From the human T2T-CHM13v2.0 reference genome, Homo sapiens, in the NCBI RefSeq assembly GCF_009914755.1, contig NC_060925.1: 64,000 nt of DNA; one strand, given 5' to 3'. Shown in pieces: positions 54,281-64,000 of the stretch. Every line of letters begins with the position of its first letter. Position 1 is the first letter of the stretch. A program made the translations under genes and the position numbers. The notes under the pieces are model-generated. The model had not been told where the DNA came from. It made no database searches and saw nothing but the letters and a program-made list of their open reading frames with translations.

Positions 54281-56164
54281 CTATGCTCCTTAGCTATACA
54301 GTTTGATTCTTCACTGAGAACAATGTGATGGATTTTCCAAAGACTGAAAGTTTGTTGCCCCTGATAATCTCATACCCTCATATGATTTTGATTTATACAA
54401 ATGCTACTTAATATACCGGTGGTAGCAAAAAACAAATGGACCCAAATGAAGCTTGAAACACACATACACTCAAAAACACCCTCTACCCAACTTTTTTTTT
54501 TCCAAGGGGTTGAGGGGATAGCAAGCTGTAGTTTTCTGTGTTCCATTGATTTCTATAGACAAAGAAAAATGTACCTAATAGTTTATCTGCAAAGATGTAT
54601 TGACTATGATTTCATCCTCTGACTTCAGGAGGGTAGCAGGAATATATCTTTCTGGACATGGAAATGAGAAAACGTTCCTTCTGCTACTCTCTGGTTAGTT
54701 CAAACTCAAATCGTGATCTGACTGAAGAGAATGATTCCTAAGAAAACCATAGAGGCACAATTTTCCCTTTTGCTCTCAAAGAACTGTAGACATTAGTTAT
54801 TACAAACATTGTTCAACTGAAAAGAGTAATAAATCAACACAAATTTATTGGATATCTGCCTTTTCAAGAAAATGTGCTAGAAACCATTTGATATAGGTGG
54901 GGGAATATTACATGTTTCTAGTGTTGCACTACATATTTTTGAAAGAAGAAAGTTCAAAAGATTTTATGAAAAGCAGGGTTCTTTTTGAAATACGTGTAGA
55001 AATAGCTAAATGGATTGAGAAGAGCTGTTAAGTATGAACATACAGCATGATCATAAACAGCTATTTTGGTGGACTAAACAATGCAAAAGCAGCCATCTTG
55101 TATTCCCTGGCTGTTAGGGCAGGCATGCACAGACTAACATAGAAAGAATCACTGTTACTAATAGGAACTTCAAGGGGCTTATTTCTAAAGAAAATTGATT
55201 TTAGAAGAAAACATGTCAAATTATTTTAGTTTGAGAAACTTAATACTCTAGCAAACCCAGGCAGAGCAATCAAGAGAAAATATGGTCTGAGAATGCTGAT
55301 ATGACTTCAAAACTCAGGTTTGCATTCACATAAAGAAGATTAAACAAATTTCTGATGAAACAAATCTTCGTCTGAGTCATAAGGTTGAATACAAGATAGC
55401 AAAATGTTGGAAAGGTTAAAACTCCAGAAAAAGTTTCACAAAATTGTTAAATTACTAGTAATCCTTACCTAAGATTATTTATTTATTTATTAGTTGTTTT
55501 ATTTGATTAAAAATAAATGAAAATAAACATGCTTTAGCATTTTGGATTTAGCTGAAGCTCCATATATCCTGGTGGACACAGATTCTTTGAATAAGTAGCC
55601 ACAGTTATTCCAAATGTCAGCAACATTTATAAGGAAGCAAGAAAGCTAAGTAAAATAACCTTAGCTAAAACCTACAGTTCAAACACAAAGGAGTTTATCA
55701 ACAGAGAAATAGAATTGAATTTATCATTAGTCTTCAAAAATGTTGCAATTTTTACAAGTGTCTTTCTCTTTATATATTTGTCTCTATCCCTCTAATATTG
55801 TAAAACTACCCTTTCGTATGGAAAAATCCTGATTATTCTTTAAAACTGTGCTCATGTATATTGATTCTCTAATGGTTTTCTAAAGTACCTTTGCCTCCGC
55901 TGGTATAGATTTTCAACATTTATTCATTTGACATCTATCTATTTTCACCTAGAAAGTATAGTTACTTTTTATTATATATTTTGTTTACCCAGATTTGAAA
56001 GTTTTTTCCCTTGGGGGCAGAGGGAGGAATCCCAATCTTCTATACCAAAAGTCTTGTCCCAGCTAATAAGACTGTAATTTAAAATTTGTAATTTCAAATA
56101 ACTGGTTGGATGTAGCAATGCCACAAGAAGTGATGTTTTAAGTAGCATATAATTTAATGACTAA

Positions 56165-56473
56165 GGCCAGGCATGGTGGGTTATGCCTGTAATACCAAGG
56201 CTTTGGGAGGCCAGACAAGAGGATTGCTTGAGGCCAGGAGTTCAAGATCAGCCTGGGCAACATAAGGAGACCCCCCCATCTCAAAAAAAAAAAAAAAAAA
56301 AAAAAAAGCCAGGTGTGGTTTCATGGGCCTGTAGTCCCAGCTACTTGGAAGGCTGAGGCAGTACAATTGCTTGAGCCCAGGAGGTTGAGGCTGCAGTGTG
56401 CTATAATTAGACCCCTAAACTCTAGCCTGGGTGACAGAGTGAGATCCTGTCTCTAAAAATAAATAAATAATAA
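56165..56473 (+). mobile_element. AluJ with a 25-nt pure A linker
   Basis: J-type dimer; A-run 56283-56307. Confidence 0.92.
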
Positions 56474-56659
56474 TGTAATAATTTAATATATTTTAATACC
56501 TCAATAATCTACTGATGAGTTGGCCTGTATCAGTGGCTGTTCGTGTCCTTAGCTGCTTAGCTGCATGGATGGAACATTTATTTTAAAGAAAGCAGATATT
56601 TTTCTCCAGAGGAAAGAGAAATGCTTGGGAGACAAAAGCAATAAAAGGAGGTGATTAAT

Positions 56660-56830
56660 GGCAGAGGCTGGAAGTTAGATAGATGGGATGGAATTCTAGC
56701 TTTACTACTTACTAGTTGTGTGAATTTGGATAATTTCCTGATAAAATTGACAATGAATTTACCTTTTGAGACTACTGAATTCTCTTTAAATAAAATCTCA
56801 TCAAGTTAATGTATAAATGATAATCCTAAC
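56660..56830 (+). mobile_element. MIR fragment
   Basis: gaattctagctttactacttactagttgtgtgaatttggataa. Confidence 0.6.
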
Positions 56831-57289
56831 TTACAGCAAAGAATTGAAGAAAATGACAACCCTTTCCTGTAATATTTGGGAGACACTGATAGATATATTC
56901 TATCACAAAACATCCTAAAAATCCTGTTGGAGTATGACTACCCTTTTGTCAAAACTTCCACCCTTTATGGTTACTCACACGTTGATGGGTATTCTCACAC
57001 CTCTCTCAGTTTCCCTCAATGGATCTCTTTTTCAAAGGATTGCAACACTATTCTTTCCAACCCTCTGCATTCCCTCTTTCCCATTCATCTATGTTTCTCT
57101 GATCTCATGTATAGCAACTTATCGTTCTTTTGGCTTCCCAAATTCTCTTCCTCAGACTTCGCCTCAGCACTCAGCAGAGCAAAGCTGAGTCAAGCACCTC
57201 ATGAGATATGTTAAAGAAGCAAGGAAACCATCTTCCTTAGAAAACAGAAGAGGGCAATGTAAATGTTTACCTATTTTGTGTCCTGTTAC

Positions 57290-57440
57290 ATTTAATCTCT
57301 TTTAGTGTAATTTACCTCATCTATAACGATAATAGTAGGACAATAAACACCTCCTAAGAATGTTTTCAGTGTTTTAAATGTGATAATGCATATAAGGCAC
57401 TTTATAATTATTACACAAAAGAAATCAATACATTAGCTAT
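57290..57440 (+). mobile_element. MIR fragment
   Basis: tttacctcatctataa...taaatgtgataatgcatataaggcactt. Confidence 0.6.
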
Positions 57441-59437
57441 ATAATATTTTGGTCAATGGCTTTCATTGATTTAGTGGACATTTTGTATCCATTACAGCAT
57501 GTGTTTACTTGGCCTACTAAGATTACCCCACTAACAAATCCCTTTAAACTTGTGGAAGTCATCTTCATCCTTTGTCTATACCTTACTTCCACATCTCCAG
57601 GTTCTTGTTTTTATTTTATTTTATTGAAGGGCACCTGGAAATAGAGCCCAAATGATTTTCTATGCTATAATTTTTCAAATAAAATCATCAAATTCTCAGA
57701 AAAATTCAATACACTTGTGCCTCCCTCCTATAATCTGAATTTTCTTACAATCAAAAATAACTCTTTTAACACAAAGTAAAAACCTCAAACACAAATACCT
57801 TCTTTTGGTAAGTACATGAGATTTGAAACTTCATCATGATGTCTGTTAGCTATGAATTTTTAGGGGACTTATTTAACCTCTTCCTCTATTTGGTTAATAC
57901 AGTGAATCACATTTTTTAAAAATATTGGGATGCCCAAACCCTGTGCATATGTCAATTGGACATCTAGATAAATGCTTCCATTTATAGATTGCTAGCAAGC
58001 TTCAAGTACAAAACTTATTCCAGTGTATTGACCTAGATTGCATATCCAAGGCAACCTAATTTCTATGCATTTCTTTCAGTTGAATAAAAATGGTTAACTC
58101 AGTATATTTCTGTAGATTCAGTGACCATAGTTTCAGATCTTTTGACAGGGTGAACTAAGATGAAAGTGCACTGAAATATGTAGAAAAGCCCAGAATTAAC
58201 AATACCTTCTCTACATTGCACATGTGCCAATATAAATAGGTAATATATAAGAATAGTTCTATATTTCTTTTTCTATTTCAGAAGACAGATTTACTCCAAC
58301 TTCATGGCTTGTATGGCTTGATGATTCTGCTTGATAGATGATATATTTTATTATATTGCAAATACAGTTTCTCTACATTGATAACCTGAAATGAAATATC
58401 ATTTCCTTCTAAATGAACGAAACAAAATATATCTTCTATTCTAATTGCTAGAATTCTTTAAGAAGGCATGAAATCTGTTATCCAGGTGCTCTAAAGGAAC
58501 GGCTCAATGTGAAAATACTTCGTATCTCAATATTTTATTATTTAAGCAATATTGTATGATTGTGTCTCTAAAAATATAATTTGCAATGCTGGTTTTATTT
58601 TTTATTTTGGTTGAGATGTATATTGACTTTATTCAAATAAACTGTACTCTACAATTGAGAAATTGTACTATCTAACAAAACAAATGTTGCTTAATTAACT
58701 CTTTTATAGTTATAATTTTTTTTCTATTCTTTCAAGTACTTGCTATAGCTAATAGTAAAGTTTTACATATTAAATGGAAACCCATAATGTTTAGATAGAT
58801 ATATTTGTTTCAAATAAACCAAAAGCACTGAGACAAAGAAAATGAAATATTGTTCACTCTGTCTTTCTGTATTAGTGGTACACATTATAAGTTAGTTGTC
58901 TTTTAATTGGAAAAGATACATCAAAGAAACATGAAAAATGATCTGAGTCTAAGCTTATTTTTATTGATTAAATCTTGATTACATTGCTCAGACATACAAA
59001 CCTTATGCATATTTTCTGAGAACTTTTCAAAATTAGCTTGAGTGGTATCTGAAAATGTTAAGGAGAAAATTTTGTCTCTTTTCACTTGTGATTAACTTGA
59101 TCAATGTATTCTCCCAACATTAATCATTTATTTATATGTCTTCAACCAATAATATTCTCTGTCTCTAAAACTTTAACTCTCTGAAGAGTGACCACTCATA
59201 ATTCAACACATTGAACTGTGTATTGCAAAATCTTTTCTTCATCAAACAAGCAAAGTGCTCAAGAACCCAAATAATAGACTAGCATATGAAAACTTATTAG
59301 CAAGTATCTTCTGCCACTGGTCAGATGTGTGACCAGAATTGTTCTAATCAACTCTGGACTTTCAGCCAACAACTTAAGAAAGGAATGTAGCACAGGAAGT
59401 ATCCATGTTATAGGTTCATTTCTCAAATCAGAAGGAA

Positions 59438-59521
59438 AATTGTAGATTCTGGGCTTGCAATTGGAGAAAGCCTGCTTTCCAAGAAGAAAAAAAAAAGAAA
59501 AAAGCAGAATTGTAGATTCTG
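59438..59521 (+). repeat. Short insertion matching 61966-62002, with A-rich tract and 14-bp flanking duplication
   Basis: aattgtagattctg at 59438-59451 and 59508-59521; 35/37 match to 61966-62002. Confidence 0.9.
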
Positions 59522-59554
59522 CTTCTGATTTGAGATCTGGGATAGTACCTATAG

Positions 59555-59785
59555 AAGTGGTGAAATAAGTGGGTTTGCAATTAAACTTAATTGGTTTTAC
59601 TCTTGATTCTGCCACTTACTGGCTATTTGATCTTGAACAAGTTGTTTCAACTTCCTAAGCATTAATTTTCTTCATCTGTAAACCTGATAAATAATGATGC
59701 CTACGTATAAGGTTGCTATGTGGGTTAAGTAAGGTAATGCAACTAAACGGTCCAGTATAATGCACATACAAAAGCTCAGAAGTAA
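59555..59785 (+). mobile_element. MIR
   Basis: tctgccacttactggctatttgatcttgaacaagtt...ttcttcatctgtaaa. Confidence 0.8.
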
Positions 59786-59942
59786 TGCAATTAAGGTGTT
59801 TAGTATTAATATGTAAAGCATTTAGTGTTAACAGGAAAAATATTTAGTATGATGCACATCATAAATTGAAAAGCTAATAGAATCAAGTAGCTACAATTTA
59901 TGTATTATTATGTTTTTGTTTACTTAAATGTATATATGCTTT

Positions 59943-60179
59943 TCTTGGCTCACTGCAACCTCTGCCTCCTGGGTTCAAGCAATTCTCCAGCCTCAGCCTC
60001 ACAAGTAGCTGGAATTATAGGCACGTGCCACCACACCTGGCTAATTTTTTGTATTCTTAGTGGAGATGGGGTTTCAACATGTTGACCAGGCTGGTCTTGA
60101 ACTCCTGACTTCAGGTGATCTTCCTGCCTTGGCCTCCCAAAGTGTGGGGATTACAGGCATGAGCCACCGGTGCCTGGCC
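59943..60179 (-). mobile_element. AluSx, 3'-truncated (no tail)
   Basis: Body from tcttggctcactgcaacc to cctggcc; flanks atgcttttct/atgtttttct. Confidence 0.92.
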
Positions 60180-60213
60180 ATGTTTTTCTCAATTAATCTT
60201 TTTCTTCTAGGTA

Positions 60214-60670
60214 TGTGTTGCAGGTTGGATTCTGTGAAAGCCAACTCTGAGAAAGAGATTAAAATGCTAGGAGTTTATTAGGAAGTGCAGTTGGAGTCAG
60301 CACCTGTAGAAGAAAGAGATAGAGATAGGACTGGGAGGTGAGAGAAACTCTTGCAGGCATCAGTCTCAACAAGGTTTCAACCAATTACATGGGAGCTCTG
60401 GAGCTGTTAATAGATGGCCCTTCAGTGGCCTTTTGTTGTTGGGAGGAGCCCGGGTGTCCATACTTTTATATCAACCAGGCATTGGATGTAGGCTTCTTCA
60501 GGAAGGAGGTATGACCTTGAGCATTGCAGGGCTCTTCAACTAAGGGCAATTTTCTGAGATTTCCTGAAACATATAGTTGAGCATTATCTTCCAGGAGCAC
60601 TCCTCGCAGATGGGAGCACAGGTTCTTCTGACCTGCAGGGGAATCTAAGCAGCCAAATACAACAATTACA
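60214..60670 (-). mobile_element. LTR40-like ERVL LTR
   Basis: caggttggattc...actctgaga...gtttattagg...cagcacctgt...gggagctctggagctg...gatggcccttcag. Confidence 0.72.
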
Positions 60671-60898
60671 TACTTCCTCTTAAGTTATCTTTTCTGGAGT
60701 CTGTTCAGAAGCTAAATTTGCTTTTTTGTTTTATATTTAATAACTATCAATGGCTGTTATTTTGAAGTCAATTAATAAAAGGAAAGTTTGCTAGTAGGAG
60801 ATGTCACAGAATTCATGAAAGCCCTTTGACAATTTGCTACGCCTCTTGTATGTACTGGGATTGGATATAGTGATATGCACTATATCCAACAGGGGATA

Positions 60899-61050
60899 TT
60901 TCCTTCCTTCCTTCCTTCCTTCCTTCCTTCCTTCCTTCCTTCCTTCCTTCCTTCCTCTCTCTCTTTCTTTCTTTCTTTGTCTTTCTTTCTTTCTTTTTCT
61001 TTCTTTCTTTCTTTTTCTTTCATCTTTCTTTCTCTTTCTTTATTCTTTCT
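60899..61050. repeat. (TTCC)n/(TTTC)n polypyrimidine tract
   Basis: Directly visible. Confidence 0.95.
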
Positions 61051-61797
61051 CATATTAGGCATCTAAAGCTCTTGGTATTGACAGATAAGCAAGATTCAAC
61101 TAAAATGGAACTTCTAAAGTAAATAGTAAACTTGGGGGTAAGTAAATAATTAATTTTTAAAAAGGAACTATCATTATTTAGCCCAGAGAAGAAACTTTTT
61201 GTATGGTTGGAGGACAGAGATGTGCCATCCTCTTTATGTGCAGAAAGGATAAGTTGTTTGATTTTTGTTTAATAACAGGTGGAACTTTAGTAAGAATAAG
61301 GTAGGTGGTGTGTGCCTACAGCAAAATAATGGAACAAACCAGAAACCCAACTGTTTGATTTGAATTTATTTGGTTACAGTGTTTTGGTAACATAAAGAGA
61401 AAAAGGGAATTTATTAGAAAGATACCTGTTTAAAACCTATCACCATAATCCAAAAAGGAGTTGGAAAATCAATCACACAGTATCTTTCAAGGTTTCTATA
61501 GAATTTTAACTTTCACTCAAGAGAAAAGCCATTAATGCAATTTGGCTGTGACTCAACATAATATTTCTTACTCTCAAATCTGTATTCATCGGGAGAAATT
61601 GCAACTGACTCAGATTCAGTAAAGTGTCTATTTCTAGATTAAATAAGGGTAGCAGGTGGGCGGGATCATGTTAAGCTCATGGAGCAGCTTTCTTGTGGGC
61701 AATGGAAGGCTCTGTCGTAGCGATCAATTCTTCTGTTTACTACTACTCGGCAAATAGGGACACTATTTTACTTAGTGTACATAGGCAAATATCAAGG

Positions 61798-61819
61798 GTG
61801 TGTGTGTGTGTGTGTGTGT
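61798..61819. repeat. (GT)n microsatellite
   Basis: Directly visible. Confidence 0.95.
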
Positions 61820-63084
61820 TGTAAAATGGAAGTAACTAAAAGGAAAACATTTTAGATATATGTTATTATAAAATAAGATAAATTCCCATGCATTTGGGAT
61901 GATTTAAACATGTTTCTTTATAAAATCAAGAAGATTAGCTGATTTATATGATTTGCTTCAATATACTGGGCTTGCAACTGGAGAAGGCCTGCTTTCCAAG
62001 AAAAAAAATTGTGTGAGTATATATTTATTTATACATATGTGTGTGCACGTATTTCTATACAGTTTTTTAAATATCAGAATAACATTGCTTATCACCTATT
62101 CAAGATACAATAAGGCTTAGTATTTTTCATTAGTTTACTTGGGAAAGTATCCATATCCTTCATTATTTTTCTGCCTACTATATTGGTCAAGTAGCTGTGC
62201 TATGTTAGTTGAGAATTAATATGGACTTATATTAGAAAAAGAATACCTAAAAATTTGGCAGCTGGCTGACTACCAGTCAATGAGAACCCATCTAAAATAT
62301 AAATATATTTTTAAAGTAGCTGTTGAACTTTTTGACTTGTAACAAATGTCTGACTATAAACTCTAGCTCAAAAATAAATTCCCAGATTTTAGTAGGCTTT
62401 TTAGCTATAGAAAAACTATATGACAGAATTTTTTAATTAGTGAGTCAATTAGACATTGATTAGAACACTGTAGCACCCATGCAAGTTTTATTATCACCAT
62501 TCAGGCTTAGCAAGCTTGTATGCTCCTTACATTTTGCAGCAGTTCTCTTTGGTTTAATATTTGGAATTAATTTCTGAAATAGCTTAGACAGGCTGAGCAT
62601 TCAGCCTGTCGTTTTTCTAAATCTGATAGGATGGAATAATAAGTAGCTGAAATATTCTAGAGCTATATTACAGGCTTCAGTGATCACAAGGGTCTATGAT
62701 TCATTCTCAAAGCAAAGTTTCTTTTCTAATATGTCTGATGTATTGGTTTTTATTGGCAATTTTCATATCTGAGTTGGTGACCCTGCCATTTGTCTTTATT
62801 GTTATTATTCTCTCTTTGTGGCAATGATAAGAAAACTGGTTCAGGCCCTGTGGTTGTTTATGTCTGCAGTCAGTTATTCTTGAGGCTGCTCTCCTCTGCT
62901 GGGTTCCTTTCTTGCAATCTTTTTTTTTTCTTTCTTTCTTTTGTGTGGATACCTGATTTCTGAGCAGATGCTCTTTTTAATCTCATCTCATGTTAATTTT
63001 AAATACTTATGTATCAAATGTTTCCAGTCAGTAAATCAGGAATCAGTTTCTGTGTTACATTCATGGCACTCATTAAATTGTGAT

Positions 63085-63220
63085 CTCATGATTAACATGC
63101 TTGTCTCCTTTAAGGGATTGTTAGCCAAGAATTGTGTTTTTGTCATCTCTAGAACCAGAGTCTAAGCACAGAACTGAACACACTCTAAACACTCAGGAGC
63201 TTTTGATTGAAGGAGTAAAC
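63085..63220 (+). mobile_element. L2 3' end
   Basis: ccagagtctaagcacagaactgaacacactctaaacactcaggagcttttgattgaa. Confidence 0.55.
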
Positions 63221-64000
63221 AATAACAGAACACCAGTGCAGAACTGGAAACTTAATGGGTGGGAAGTAAATAAATTAAAGGAAACAAATAATGAATTGGC
63301 ACTTACATATTGTTGGTTTGGAAAAATCCATAGAAAAGATAAATATTGTTTTGGGTTATTGAAGTTGCCTGCTTATTATCTGTATTCTTAAATGGATGTT
63401 CCATTATGAACACATAGAACAATTACAGTCAGCAAAGGTTAGCCTTCCTTTCTTTTTAGTACTTCAAGAATGTCTATCCACATACATGTTCGACCTAGCA
63501 TTTTATGCTCTTTCCCATGGTTCTTTCTATTCTTCTGACTCTGTACTCAACTCTATACCTTATTCAAGCCTATATCCTTCTTTTAGTGATTATTTTAATA
63601 TCTTTTTTCAGCTTCCTGAATTTGCTTCTCATTCTACTCCCACCCTATTCTAGCTTATCTTACATTTTCTTCCCATTCTTTTGGTTTCAGTAAATGTGCA
63701 ACTCATTTGTAAATTTGGGGAGATATCTCTGAAGACGGTATGTAATTAAATTATGCTATTATAGCTTGGGGCCTAGATTCCTGTGAAATAAACTCAGTAT
63801 GTGGATCTTTTCCAGAACCCCAGTATATGTGATCTATGTTAATTAGCTGTGTTCAGCCTCCCATATTTTGTGCCAATCCTATAAAATCTAAGTTTTCGGG
63901 GTTACAGGAAGGATCAAAAAAGATGATGAATATAGAAACATATTTTCAGTCAAATCTCATCAGTTTACGTATACATTTTGTAACAACTAATGAAAAAGAT

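Noticed and set aside
56283-56307. 25-A linker suggesting two separate monomer insertions
   Set aside because: The arms are collinear as a normal AluJ; slippage expansion is sufficient
57169-57192. AP-1 site TGAGTCA within a short inverted repeat
   Set aside because: A 7-mer is expected several times by chance in 64 kb; no supporting context
62587-62617. 10-bp hairpin (gacaggctga-gcat-tcagcctgtc) followed by a T run, like a bacterial intrinsic terminator
   Set aside because: Primate genomic context with no upstream gene or Pol III promoter evident; too short for a pre-miRNA

Overview
Primate (human-like) AT-rich, CpG-depleted non-coding DNA, either intergenic or deep intronic. I find no supportable protein-coding gene, RNA gene or CRISPR array; the ORF track is explained by repeats and chance. 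Much of the window is interspersed repeats: about 12 Alu elements including a FAM monomer, many MIR and L2 fragments, L1M fragments, MaLR LTRs, ERV1 LTRs (MER52, MER61, MER4D-like), a full-length decayed Hsmar2 mariner (18239-19509), and a two-LTR MER50/MER4-group provirus (40727-50384, ATAT TSD). Subfamily names come from recalled consensus sequences, not from a search. The most unusual structure is not captured by repeat annotation. (i) Three apparent local templated insertions (175 bp direct, 251 bp inverted, about 37 bp with a 14-bp flanking duplication) each have a donor 0.8-2.9 kb to the right at 95-97% identity. (ii) One MER50 LTR received four MaLR insertions plus an AluY, including a THE1D/MSTA pair that appears to share one 5-bp target and two THE1A 3' halves fused head-to-head into a long inverted repeat. 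(iii) There is an old twin-primed L1 and a tailless Alu with a TSD. I cannot identify the locus and do not claim a new gene system.
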